This document shows positions 50,241-63,759 of a DNA stretch of 64,000 nucleotides, in pieces. How positions within the stretch are numbered: the first letter of the stretch is position 1; the number at the start of each line of letters is the position of its first letter. The DNA is from Lophium mytilinum (Eukaryota), in NCBI GenBank assembly GCA_010093605.1, contig MU004198.1, forward strand, positions 870,726 through 934,725, given 5' to 3'. Position numbers and translations under genes: made by a program. The notes under the pieces were generated by a model. That model made no database searches and was not told the origin of the DNA. It was given only the letters and a program-made list of their open reading frames with translations.

Positions 50241-51452
50241 GATGATGAGGGAATGAAGACTTGACGAGACGCGTGGGAGTAATGTTGCTGGCGATCGGCC
50301 AGATATATACCTTTTGGAAGAATATCGTACCATTGCAAGGCCGATCACGATTCGACCGAATGTTTGCGAAACGGCGGCATGACCTAAACATGCCATGCCT
50401 AACCCAGCAGGTGTTTCTAGAAGCATTCAATCAGAGGGCAGCCGCTGCAGGACGCCGGGAGATGGGCGCCATCGGCAAGTGCATCCCTGGACAAGTCGCG
50501 TACTCGCGTCGCGCTGTGTGCGGAGCGCTATCGTAAGAGGGCAGGTGGGGGAAAGGTATGGCCGTTAATATAGAGAGCAGACGAATAGGGCAGCTGATGT
50601 AGACAAGCATTGCCAGCGAAAGCTTCCAGCGAACAAGATTTGCAGGGGCGCAATGAAACAGCTCAGGGAGCCATACAGGATAGGCAGCTCACAGGTCGAG
50701 GCTTCGCGAGACTAGCGATCGCCGTCTTCCCCACCAAGGCGGCAGCGCTACAGGCGATCGTGTGTACGGGGTGAGCCTGGTCTCGGCTCGTGGAGGGAGG
50801 ATGAAAGGAGGAGGTGGTGCCGTTGAGAGCACAAGATGCGCCGATAAGCACTCGGGTAGCTGCAGCGGCCCCGGCTTCGGTGCGTCTTCGTTGCCTTAGT
50901 GGCCGAGAGCTTATAGCCTAGTACGGCCTTTGATTGGTCGTAGGTAATATAAACAAATGCTAGAACCCCGTTACGAGTATCACGAATCTTGGGCATGGCT
51001 CGGATTTCACCGAGGTGCTGCTGTCTGCTATCGTGCAATATACTTGTGGGTATCCTACCGAGTGCTAGAGACTGGCCTGATGGCAAGGGCGTGCAAGACA
51101 ATAGTCTGTTTATTAATACTGCATGAGGGGTTCGATAGCCCCAAAACCTAGACTTTGGGAGGGTTCATCGTGCTGAACGCTTTGCGAACTGATTGGGGCT
51201 AGAAATTACCACATCGTTTCAAGAGAGAACTGAATGCTGACATATGCTGGTTAAAACCTCGAAAGAGATTTGCCAATTCGTGCGGTTCAGACCTGTGCGA
51301 CTTCTCGAGATTCAAATAACGCGCTAGGGTACTTTAGACAGTGATAATAAGCGAGCACAACCAGCGACCAGTTAGACTGGTCTGAAAGCGTTTGGACGCG
51401 CTCTAATTCATGCTCTCTGGAGCTATGCGACTTGTTGAGAATGATTCGATTC

Positions 51453-53544
51453 TTAAATATCCAAGCTAACTTTCTCAAATGCTGCAATCATCTCTTCTAA
51501 CGGGCACACGATCTCCGAATAGACAGCATTCTGAACCTGCGGCTGGCCAAGATCAGCCCCAAATCCAAAGTCACAGCTAAGACATTTCTGCACGATCTCC
51601 GTGTATCGCAGGCCAAATGGAGTCACACTTCCTTTCAGCAGCATTCGCGCGCCAACGACATCGTGTAGGCCGTCGACTAGGCACAGATTTCTCAGTGGTT
51701 TGCCGTAGGCAATTTCGAGAAGTGCCACAGCCAGGGAGCTTAGTTCTTGGTTCCTGATGCCGTACATTGCTTCTGGCGTAATCTGCGGTGGATTCGCCTC
51801 TTCTGCGATGGAATCAGGTGCTCCAACGGGAGTCTCGTTCGATGTTTTGGCTTCTGGAAAGCTTGCAGTGAAATGCAAAGTCTTGAGGTCTTCCATGAGC
51901 TCCTCGACGGATTGGACATGTGAAAGGGTCGGCCTTGAATTAGTGAAGTAGAACAGGTTATGCAGTCGCCATTCTCCACTAGTCCACGGCGTGGAGCAGA
52001 ATTTCAAAGTTGCCATAGTCAGTTCGCGAGCTAATTTGAGCTTGTACAGCATCGGTAGCCGATACAAAGTTTTCTCCACCGGCCTAGAGCAATTTTGAGA
52101 CGAAGCAGTGTTTGATGAGGTCGCTGCAGTATTGTAGAACTCGTATCTACAGGTCTGCTCCGATTCTAGATATCCCACGCAATGCTCTTCAGAGTTGAGA
52201 TGCGTACTACATGCGATGTCATTTAAATGGCAACACATGCTGCGGGTTTGTCGAAGGTCGAATAACTGATTTTCTGAGGACTCTGCGCTCTGTGGACTTT
52301 CCGACGTCTGCGACGGAGGCGGAGTAATAGGCATGAGAGGCACGCTATGCAACGAGTCTTCGAAATGCACTCTTGGCTTCTTGCCGACCTTGCAACTAGC
52401 TTTGTCGATGATGGACCCAATGCTTCTCTTAAGAGATGGCCTACTCGGTAGATTGTCTTTCGGGAACGTTTCTTCTTCTTGAATGACTCGACAATCTTGA
52501 GCAAGACTAGAAGTTGGAGGAGACGTGGGAAGAGGTGACGACCGAAGGTTGATACTGATAGTCTTGACGTAAAGCCAAATGGGGGTCTCAAAGCGGAGTC
52601 TGTGAAGGTAGATGAGATTACGAATTGATTCAATCATGGATCTCACGACGAGTGTCCAAGGGAAAGGGCCTTGAGCAGTTGCTCAATTAGACTTACTTCT
52701 CGAAGGTTTTGCCCTCCTGGACATGGCTGCGAATGGCAATATCATGTCTCACGCCGCCCGCTTCTATCCTAGCATTAAGCCAAAGGAGAGCGAAATGTTT
52801 CAAGTGTGACCTGTTTTCGCACTTCCATGCTTCCATCAATGTCTCGTATAGCAGTTTCGTAGCCTTATGTATGTCGGTGAACCACATTGGGAGGGTATGA
52901 GATATTTTGGCGCGCTTTAAAGAGCGTCGTGGTGAAGTAGGCTCCATGAGGCGGGATCGTAGCGCAACAAGCTGAGAGTTCCATGACTCCAGATCTTCTA
53001 GCCGCTTCAGATAGTCACTTTCTTTCCAACAAAGTAGCGTCGCGTCCTTGATCTTTGACTTGAAACTGATATTATTACCCTAATAAATCGTCAAAACGTG
53101 TATTCAGTTACATTAGGTGTTCGAGTCTCTTACGCCTAGCGTTGGATTGAAAGCGTCGATTTTGGACACCTCGGAGTCAATCTCTCTGAGAAGACGTTGT
53201 ATCTCTCCCACAATACTCACGCACAGCGTGTCTTCCTCCTTAAGGCCCTGCCTAAATTCACGATCCGCGATTTCGACTGATGAGGAATCTGATGTAGCAA
53301 GATCAGACTCCCGATTTAGGAAGGCCCATGTGGAGTCATCATCGCTACTCAGCGAAGACAACAGACGACACTCATGCTTGAATTTGGTTTCTTGGCACTG
53401 GAGTTTGATTAAAATAGGGCGAATGGCTTGTGGTGGGTTGCGGAGAGTTCGAATCTTATTTTTGACTGTTCGGAAGGACTTCACCACCTCAAGTACTACC
53501 GGCACAACTCCTATAGCAAGACTTACGACCTCAATTCCAGACAT
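51453..53544 (-). CDS. HeLo-like N-terminal domain + C-terminal kinase-C-lobe-like (DUF7580-type) domain protein, 3 exons
   Basis: MSGIEVVSLAIGVVPVVLE start; LEDLESWNSQL; W-C..H; LARELTMATLKFCSTPW..W; LSSLAVALLEIAYGKPL; YTEIVQKCLSCDFG. Introns at 53080-53133 and 52600-52696 keep the frame. Confidence 0.8.
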
Positions 53545-53978
53545 AGAGAGATGGCTCAGGTCGAAAAGTCGTCGCTGGAGAAAAGAAAGGGGAGATGGAT
53601 CTTGGAATCTGTTCGCTGGTGCGAGGCAGCGAGTTGGTGCTGTGACAAGGCTTAGTCGGGGCGCAGCATCGAAAGTTTATTGTGGCTGGTAGAAGGACGA
53701 GGTTCTCCAACCCCAAGCTGAAGTCAAGATCATGATTGGAGACTTCTATCAGCCAACGCAGCCAAGGCGCCACCGAGGCTGTTTTGAGGGGGCGGAGCGC
53801 TTACATCTCGCCTCACTCGCGGTTGGGACCACGCATCAGTTTCTCTATCATCAGTTTCGCTGTCGCATCGCCTTCTCACAGCCAAAACATACGAGTCGTT
53901 CAAGTGACCATATTCGCCGTAGCAAGTTGCGCGAGATCGACAAAGAAAGTATTCATACTGGTCGCTCTAGATTCGATT

Positions 53979-56409
53979 ATGGTATCGAGGCCGCCGAGAG
54001 AAACGTTGTCTCTCGTAAACGACTGGCAAAACCAGAAAGATTTGGTCCCGGAACATTTGGGAGAGACCGTCGGAGTTGCTGGAAAGCTTTTCAACGCCTG
54101 TGTAGCCTTGTTCAAGGGTCTCATCAGACTGCGGAAGGCAAATAGCGTTGTCAAATATGACAACGTCTACGACTTGTATTTTGGCACCATATTCTTCTGG
54201 GGACATGGACTTGGAGCGGAGGATGGAGACCTTGATGAATATCTTGAAGGGTCTCCCGAGCTTCGAGATGTGGCCCTGGGGCTTCTGATTATGTTAGTGG
54301 AGCTACTGCGCGAAGGTAAGCCCATGCTATACTCTGTCGATAACGACTAACACACCTAGGGATCATGGATTGCCTCGAAATGTACGATAGAAAGTGGTAC
54401 CTCGGCATTGCAGAATCTGATATTGCCACATTACTAGAGCAGGCAAGATTCATTGTCCCGGACGAATACGTATGGAACGTTGCTTCTGATCATGAAGCGA
54501 GCAAAGTAGGGTTTGCACAGAATGAATCGGCATGGCTGGCAGAAATGAAGACTTACTTGGACTGTCTCTGTACCCTTAGCAGTTCGATCGAGAGCCCAGC
54601 TTGCACGAAAGTAGTTGACAGCGAAGAGCGCAGTGCTTTAACAGCAACCCAGACTCGCGCGCTTAACGCCCACCATGGCTACAACGGGCTGATACGAGAG
54701 CGATTCCCGAAAGCCGAGCCTAAGTTAGTCAATCAGTTAGCAGAAGCTAACTGGGAGCGTTTCATCCGAGTTCGTCGAGAGAAACTAAAAAACCTGGAGG
54801 AAGAAGAGCGGTCCGAAGACGAGAAAACTGGTGTGACGGACCCCACCATAGTCATGTCAAAATTCCAAGACTCTGGTCTTGGCCCCTCTGAGTTGGCGCA
54901 ATCCATAGAAACAAAGTCTATGGCTTCATTCGTTTCAAGCCGGGCAGAAGGAAGTCATGCTAGGCTTCCACCGTTGTCTCAAGAAGCCAGGGCGGGAAAG
55001 GCGTTTACCTGCGACGCTTGCAGTAGATTGGTCGTATTCAAACGGACTAGACTTTGGAAGTAGGTATCAGGCTTCCGCCGAAAGTGTGCTCGATTCTTTC
55101 TGACTTAAAACGTAGAAATCACGTCTTCGAAGACATTTTGCCATATGTATGCATATACCAGGGCTGCACACATGCAACAATACCCTTCGAGAATCGCGAT
55201 CTTTGGACCAGCCACTTAGGCCTTGATCATGGTCTCGCTCCAAGCTGGAGTCGTCAAATATGTCCCCTCTGTCATGAAACGACCGAGGAAGGGCAACATG
55301 CGCTCTCCATGCACTTTGGACGACATTTAGAGGAGATCGCGTTAGCGGTTGTTCCCAATGGACCAGACGACGAAGGCGACGACGATGGAGACGGGTTACA
55401 ACTTGACTGGCACTCGGCCGACCTTTCCGATGAAGATAATGTCAACAAAGAGCCACTTGCACTAGTTTCTTACTACTGTGTCTGTAAACGTACAGATTAC
55501 GACGATACCATGCTGACATGCGCTAAATGCTCTACTTTGCAGCACAAGACCTGCTACTATGGGAGTCTGGACGTGCCAGGGATCCACTACTGCAGAGACT
55601 GTGCGCCAAGACAGCCCAGTACGAAGAATGAATTGCCCAGTTCTCCCAGGCCTTCTACATCGTTAGATGGAAGCGACTCCGAATATAAGCCCTCCCTTGG
55701 CTCTCCCCCTGGCAACCGGCGACGGAGACGCATACTAAAAAGTGGGGAATCTTCCAATACGCACCGGAGAAGTACCAATGTCAGCAGCTCTCATATCAGC
55801 AAGCCCAGCACCGAAAGGAGCGGAGTTTCTAAGCCATTTCCCTGCATTCTGGCGCCATACTCATGTACATCGGCTTTTGCTTCCAAGAATGAATGGAAGC
55901 GGCATATTGGCACGCACCACCTGCGTCTTGGATTTTGGCGTTGTGACCTCTGCCCTACTACTGTAGACAGCCCCGACAGTTCCACAGTCTACTACAACGA
56001 CTTCAATCGCAAAGACCTTTTTACACAGCATCTGCGAAGGATGCACGCCGCACCAGTTCACCCCCGAAGAGTCCAACGCGAGTATCCGGTTACCGAAGAT
56101 AATCTCCCTGAACATCAAAAGCGGTGTTACACGCCGATACGCTCTCCACCTCCGCGATCATCGTGCTTGTTCTGTGACCGGCAGTTTCTTGAATCTAATG
56201 GATGGGAGGAGCTCATGGAACATGTCGGCCGCCACCTTGAAAAAGATCGCAAGGCAGGCGGAGCGCCGACTGATACCAAAGATTGGCAGCCCGACAAAGA
56301 ACTCGAGCAGTGGCTAGTCGTCGAGGGTCTCATCGAGGATGACCGGAGCGGAGGATGGAAGCTGGGCGATGGGAAGCCCAAGCGCGGAGCTGAAGAAGAC
56401 GACGAGTAA
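53979..56409 (+). CDS. Multi-domain protein: helical N-terminus, C2H2-type fingers, PHD finger, C-terminal C2H2 array; 3 exons
   Basis: FWGHGLG..GDLDEYL..ELRD; LDCLCTLSSSI..PA; FTCDAC..W..HVFEDILPYVCIYQGC; PHD CVC..CAKC..QHKTC..CRDC; FPCILAPYSC..SKNEWKRH..H; CDLC..FNRKDLFTQHLRRMH. Introns at about 54315-54359 and 55060-55115. Confidence 0.85.
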
Positions 56410-57298
56410 AATAGCGATTATGAAGAAGACAAGGATAGTATAAATGAGGAGGATGAAACGGAAAACGTTAAATGCGACCATGAGATATGAGGCGATGTTA
56501 ATGCTCCGAGATCATGGGTATTAGACAAGAAGGTAGACGATTTTCCGAAGCTGTCATCCCCCAGCACAAGAATGCTCGAAGACTGGACATTCTGCCCCAT
56601 TGATTGCTATCGAGCAGTGGTTGGAAATTTAGTACTCGTATGGGTGAGGGCAATTGAGGCTGCTGCCGCTGATGACCTTGCTAAAAAGAAACTAGAATGG
56701 CCTTGAGTTGGTCCCAAGGTTCGTCGGATAGTTAGAGGAAGATTAGGGGTAGCCTCGGGATGTTTCTAGGCTTGTAAACGCTTCGGAGCAGTCCGGCTGG
56801 GTGGGGTAGAGTGGAAGTTAATATTTTGATGCTCTTCTAGCTTTCAAGACGGTCGTGGAAATCTTAGTCGAACACGCATGACATTAGTAGCCTTTCAGGG
56901 TCGTGCGGTTTAAAATCCAAGGCCTTACAGTACCAAAGTGTGCCTTTTTGTACACGTTCATAGCCCTGCTAGGATACTTCAAGATACCTCACATTGCATC
57001 TTGGTAGGCCTTCACATCTTTTGTCGAGATTGAAGTGCTTTAGGGCACTTTGGACAAATTACCCAATGAGTCGAGGCTCACTGTCCTATGCAGTCCGACC
57101 AAGCTTAACAACCGTTTATGCACAGACACTTCTCTTGTGTTGAGCGTCAAAAACGAAGAGGTCCTGTCGCCTTGATTTTGATCGTTGGGGTATCTGTATT
57201 TCCTGAGCCCATGTCTCACAGCCAGGACATGTGTGACATTCATTATTCGTAGACCGTCATCGGTTCCGTCCACCAAACCCGAAGCCTCCAAGTGCTCC

Positions 57299-57918
57299 TC
57301 ACAATATGTCGTCTTCTTCCTGCCCGTCAGCTATGGGCAATGGTATCGACTCTGGAGCAACAAGTGGCTGCGCAACTTCGATCCCAGTGCCGGTATTTGA
57401 CGCATCTTGTGCTGAGTCTTGCACCATCTCTTCATCGCTAACCCACCCGTCATTCTCATCCTCTTCCAACACGTCGAACGGATTCTGATCCTTCTTGGGC
57501 GCAATCCCGCTGTTGAGCTCCTCCCATGGCTTCCTTCTCTCTTTGACGGTCTTGGTCCTGCCCATGCTCTTCTGCACCTTCACCTCCATCTTCTCCATAA
57601 AGTCCGCGGCCCGCTCCATACCTCTGGTCTGGCGTAGTCGCTGCTGGCGCTTTACTGGCTTTGACTTGGAGCGTTTTGATATGCCGGTGGAGACGGCGGC
57701 GAGAACATGGGGTTTAGCGGTGCCCCTCGAGGACTTCGGTACAGGCGAGGATGGGCGAGGCATTGTCTTAATGGATTTGTCGAGATTCAATGAGGGTGAG
57801 GCGGCGCGACGAGCAGCACGGGAATGGAGAGTGGGTTCTGTGCCGAGTTAGCATATTCGAGTTTCCGAGGACTTGTGTAAGACAAACGCTGCTTCTTCAC
57901 TTTTGCTGTTTTGGCCAT
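57299..57918 (-). CDS. Alb1/Ecm1-family pre-60S ribosome biogenesis factor, 2 exons
   Basis: MAKTAKVKKQ|QPTLHSRAARRAASPS; GMERA..MEVKVQKS..VKERRKPWEELN; acidic tail. Confidence 0.8.
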
Positions 57919-58335
57919 GGTGGCAAGGAGTCGTGATGGTCAAGGTAAGAAACTTTGGTAATGGCGGTACAATTTTGAGGGCAGCAATAATTTCGCTTTT
58001 ACTGTGGTGACGTTGAAAATATTTGGAGACTTCAGTTTCGAAATTCGCCAAGATTTCAGATTATGCACGAGCATTACTTATGCATTACGCCACGTGATCA
58101 TTATCCAGACTTCTCTATCTCTCGCCGTTGTCCACGGGTCAGAGCACGCGCATATTCACTACTCTGACGCCGCCCGCTTTTTCTTTCCACCACGTACACC
58201 TACCAAACGCACACATCTCGATGCCGGCTACCACACTCCCGCAGCGCTGTTTGCTCACTCTTTGTCGAAACTCCACCCGCTGGCCTGAATGAGACCGCAG
58301 CCCGTTCTGCCCCCAACACCTTCCCGACTACAGCT

Positions 58336-60733
58336 ATGAGCACCTCCGATTTCTACTCCAGAGCGAACCTCCCACGCTACATAGCTTCGCCGTCGTCGGA
58401 TACCTATACGGCTCCACAGATAATCCTGACTGTGCTCGCCGGGTTATGCGTGACCTACATCGCCTTGGACTTCTACGGCCTCCCGGTTCGATTTTGGTTG
58501 CTTCTAGCCCTTGAAATGGCCTGGGGCCGCTTCGTGGACCTCGTACCGGAAAGAATTATATTCGCTCTCGACCCATCGTCAAATCCATATCCCAATAGCA
58601 TGGGTACAGAACTGGAGAAACCAGGGAACATGCAGGCTACAAAGAGCGAGGTACTGCGCAAGGCCCTCCGCCTGGATGGGCTTGGCTTGTTCAAGAGCCC
58701 TCAGAGCGACGGGCCTCTGCGCGGGATCAGCACATTGATGAAGGGGACCCCGAGTGATGCGCCGCCTGGACTAGGAAACTGGGACAACTCTTGCTACCAG
58801 AATAGCGTCTTACAGGTATGCTATGGATGATCGCATTTGTGAACGCTCCTTCTAACACGTTGCCTAGGGTCTTGCATCGCTTCCCTCCTTAAAAGCATAT
58901 CTCACATCCACTACCTCCGAATTCCCCGGGCTTTCATGGAGCACTACAAACGGGGCGCTCTTTGATACCATATCCCGCCTGCACGATCACGAGAACTTTG
59001 GACAACGGCTTTGGACTCCTGGCAAGCTTAAATCAATGAGTAGCTTTCAACAACAAGATGCGCAGGAATATTACTCGAAAATCTTGGACGAGTTGGACAA
59101 GGAGATATTAAAAGCCTTGAAGGACGCTGGCACATCTAGGTTTCGTGGTCTTTCCGATGCCCAAGACCCGATCAGCAACAGTGAATCAGAACTCATACAA
59201 ACTAAGAAGGAAGACCGTGGGGACGATGCACAAAGCAACAACATTCCAGAAAGCGGTCATGCGGCACTTCAAAATCCTCTCGACGGACTACTAGCTCAGC
59301 GAGTAGGATGCACACGCTGTGGGTACACCGAAGGACTCTCTTTGATACCCTTCAACTGCATCACAGTCCCCTTGGGTCGTGGATGGAACTACGATATCCG
59401 GGAATGTCTCAGTGAATACACTCAGCTGGAGTACATCGAGGGTGTAGACTGCGCCAAATGCTCCTTACTCCGCACCCAGAAAACACTCGGCGGCTTACTG
59501 GAAAGCCGAAAAGACAAGATGTCGGAACCTTTCCGCTACAATGTTCAATCGCGTCTTGACGCTGTCACGGAAGCCTTGGATGAAGATGACTTTGCTGACA
59601 ACACCTTGATCAAGAAGTGCCAAGTGCCCAAAAAGAGCTGGGTGTCTAGTACGAAATCGAGACAAGCTGTCGTTGCGCGACCTCCCAAAGCTCTCGTTAT
59701 TCACGTCAACCGCAGCGTGTTTGACGAACACACAGGCGCCCAGATGAAAAACTACGCGGACGTGCGGTTCCCGAAGGACTTGGATTTCGGCCCCTGGTGT
59801 TTGGGTAGCCGATCGGGAGGCGATGAAGAGTGGTCAGAAGATCCAAACACGTCAATGATTGCTGATTTGGATGAGGGCATCGCACCATCACCATTCAAAT
59901 TCACTCTTCGAGCCGTCGTTACCCATTATGGCCGTCACGAGAACGGCCATTACATTTGCTATCGAAAGCATCCTGCCATCAGCAGCCATTCGAATGACCG
60001 GGCGGCTTCGGAAGAGTTGGTTTCCGATATCGAAAGCGAGTCTCATCAGCTTGACCAAGCTTGGTGGCGCCTCAGTGACGAAGATGTCTCAAAGGTGTCG
60101 GAAAGCGATGTCCTCGGCCAAGGAGGTGTATTTATGCTCTTTTACGAACGATGTGAAGGCGATCCACTTCCGCCCTCGCAAGTCTCTGCTAGAACGCCAG
60201 TCGACGTGTCATTTGATGCGCTCGCCATCGCCACGCCACCTACACGCGTATATGCCGGCATTGAGGACGACTTTGATATGGCGGAAAGTGCTGCCGGGGT
60301 GCCACTTCCAGAGGATGAGGATGACAGAGAGCTTGGTTCAGCTTTGCAGACCCCCGAAGCCACCATGAGATCGACGGAGACCCTACCTATATCTTCATTG
60401 TCACATACTCATGATTCTGATAGCATTCAGTCCTCTCAAACGGGGCATGCTATCATGCCATATCCGACCCCGCCGTCCGATGAGCCCATGTCTATATCGA
60501 CAGGCTTTTCCGATAGCCAAGATCCCCATTCCTCGGAGGTCAATAGCTCTGCTTCATCACAAATGACGAGCGACGATGACGTCGTCTCCGAAGTCGATTC
60601 TCTACCCGTGGGTGCACCTGCGTGCCAACCTTTTGCTGCCCAAAGCCCAGCATACATGAGGACCGCAGGCACGTCAGGCAGTCGCAGGAATAATGGGTCT
60701 AGATCTTCCCTCCCGATGGTTGCTGCTACTTAG
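58336..60733 (+). CDS. Ubiquitin-specific protease (C19) with N-terminal membrane segment, 2 exons
   Basis: Cys box GLGNWDNSCYQNSVLQ|GL; QQDAQEY; His box HYGRHENGHY; WWRLSDE; hydrophobic N-terminal segment. Confidence 0.92.
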
Positions 60734-61642
60734 TGTTTGTGCTTCCTTTTACTCTTCAACTTTCTATAATCATTGGGGGCTGCACGATTGGCATTGGAGC
60801 ACTGGTCTTACGTTTTCTGGGCGCTTACCATCGACACGGGGTTCTGGTGCCGTATCAAGGGGTTCGGATTAGGCGTTTTCATGGCGGCATTCAGGGTCGG
60901 GTACACTAGGGAACTGGCTCAATTCTGGCTGATCGATAGGACATCGCGGTCCTCAAAGGGAATATTTGGTAGTTTGTCAGTTCAGGAGTTCCGGTCCTGC
61001 GCTCTCTACCTTATCTAGCCAGCAGTCTAATCAACGCGATAACGAAGAATCACAACATCTTTCAAATCAAAAACGTCACGTCTTCACCCCGTTTCTGTTT
61101 CTCTGTGTACAACTCGATCACCATACAAACGACTCCATTTCGCTACCATGCTGCGTAGATCAAGGCGTGTGATGATCGTGGAAGTGGTGTCTAATGATTG
61201 CATACCATTTTCTAGAGTGCTTCAACGACTACCTAACCCCAGTGGATCAAACGAATCGAGGAAACTGAGTCCAAATGTCGCTGTGCCAACTGTACATCGC
61301 TTAGATTTTTACTAGGGTATCAATGCGCCCCAGACAGCGGTAAACAGGCGTGCATAGATATGTCGGCGAGGCGCTAATGTGGAACACTCAGATCAAATCT
61401 CCACCACCTCCTCGGATCTTATTCTCTAAAAACTTCGTCCTGTATAAGATTTTACGCTCTGCCGAGTCTAATGCCTGCACATTAGCGGTCAGTTTCAACG
61501 TAGGTGGCACCCCTCCTTCGCCAAGATATCTACGCGGCACAGCAGAGCTACAAAAGCTGTTGCCTTCACTCAACTTCAACGTTATTTTCACTCGTTTTGA
61601 CTTATATCCTCGATTTTCCACCATTTTAAGCTCAACTCCACC

Positions 61643-63023
61643 ATGGCGTTATCGCCACAGGCTAGCTTCCTGGTTCTTAACCGCACAACCATAAGGAATC
61701 TCCACCTTACCGATAACTATGTCGTCGTGTATCATCGTAACCTTTTCACTGATCCCGACGAAGTCAACGTCCTCGATATCCGCTGCCAGCACAGCGGACT
61801 CGAGGCGTGTGAGCATCGGAGACGATTACCAGTAGGACAGACATGGAGTTTCGAGTCTTGCGGCGACGTGCTAGCAGGCGCACTAGGGGAATTCAACGCG
61901 ACTCTGGGGATCGGGGTTTGGGATTTGAAGACAGGGTATGCTCTCTAGCTGCACTCAAACTCTCACACGCGAATCGGGTTCTGTCCCGTGGACGAATTAC
62001 TGAAGGATATTAGCACACAGTCCGCAATTCTTGCCAGCGAGACTGGTACGATCCGTTGCGTGTTATTCCCAAACCCCACGACCATCATATCGGGCGCATC
62101 TGACGGAAGTGTGATCGTGTGGGACGTCCCGTCTGGCAGACGCCGACATACTCTGAAAGAAGGCCATAGTAACACTCATACCGTGGCAGCTGCCGAGACA
62201 GACGAGGGACATCCTTCGGCAGTCACCAGTCTCAAATCACAGGCCAATCTTCTTGTTTCTGCGACTCGTGGGGGCACAGCACAAATCTGGGATCTGAACA
62301 GCGGCCAGTGTATACAAACACTGACAGGTCACGTTGACTATTTCTCAAAAGTGGAACTCAACGCCAATCGCTCTCTGCTCGCGACAGGGCAAGCAAAGGG
62401 CGAAATAAGAATCTGGGATCTCAAGTCTGGGTAAAGAACTTCCGCGCCATTAATTCCGCTTCGAGACACAGCTAACATGTCTGTACGATACGGATAGCGC
62501 ATGCATCGCGACATGCCGTGACCATACATGGGTCGTGACGCAGTTCTCGACCGACCCCGACGACACAGGGCTCCTCGTCTCAGCCTCAGCAGACGGCTGG
62601 ATCCGTACCTGGGAGTGGAGCACCGGCGCCCCCGTGCGCGCGCTCTGGACCGGCGACCACTCGGCGGGTAGAAACGCTATTCGTGGAGTCTTCTGGACGA
62701 AGGAGCTGATGGTCACGGCGAACGTGAATGGGCTGCTGAGGGCGTATGACCGCCAAACTCACCAGCCTCGCTTCGACCTACGAGTGCGTCAAGGTGACAT
62801 TTTCCACGTTGCGAGGCGAGGCGATTTGCTGGCTGTTGTGGTGAGGGTTGAGAGCGGGAAGCATGCGGTTGAGCTGTATGACGTTTCGGGACTTGATATG
62901 GAACAGAGTAGGTTTGTGAACAAGGATGTAGATTTGGCGGGGTTGAGTCTGGTGATGAATCTTACTCTTGGATGCCTGGTGGCGGGACAGAGGAATACTG
63001 GAGGCGGATTTGATGGAGATTGA
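61643..63023 (+). CDS. WD40-repeat protein (Cdc4/Met30-like repeats, no F-box seen), 3 exons
   Basis: IISGASDGSVIVWD; LTGH; IRIWDLKSG; LVSASADGWIRTWE. Confidence 0.78.
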
Positions 63024-63759
63024 GGTTATGGAATGCAAGTGTGCCCCCGTACTCATTCCATGAATTAATGGCTTTGTGTCTTCTCTTCGACATACAAACT
63101 TCTTACACAGCACCATAAACGTTTACCCCCCTGCGTCCGCATTGGACAGGATTTCAGTCATCACCCTCAATCTTTGCACTGTAATTGTATATCAAGGTAA
63201 ATGAACTCCGAGCACAACATCGCTTGAACAGTACTACGCTATTAGTCTAACCATTACTGCTCGCCTTCAATCCTGTTCATTTGACACCACCGAGAGGGGC
63301 GGCCCGGCTTGGTGATAGGCAATGAGTTAGGGAATAGTCTGATTTGCAATGCGTGGAATTTGTCATTCCACCTAGATGCGTAAGACCTCATGGGGTATCC
63401 GCAAGCAGTGGTAAGTGAGCGTGTACACATTTCTAGCCTGTCGCTGTAGATCTCTTGATATCGAGATCGAAACAACCAGGGAGGCCTCGATTGACTACAA
63501 CGGAGGATCTTAGTGCAGCGACATGGTGCTCAATATAGAAGTCCTAGCCAGCCATACTGTTTGTCCAAAAAGCCGAAGCCGTGGTAGTCGATATCGGGGT
63601 CAAGATTGAAAGTCTAAAACGCGAACTAAAAATCTAGTTTTCATTAAACATGCCGCGAACTCGAAACGCATAGGGGAGTGCAGGACATCAGAACTTAGAG
63701 CACTCACTTCCCCCGGCTAGGTTTTCGTCAATGTCCGCGGAGGCCCCTAGGAGGGATGC

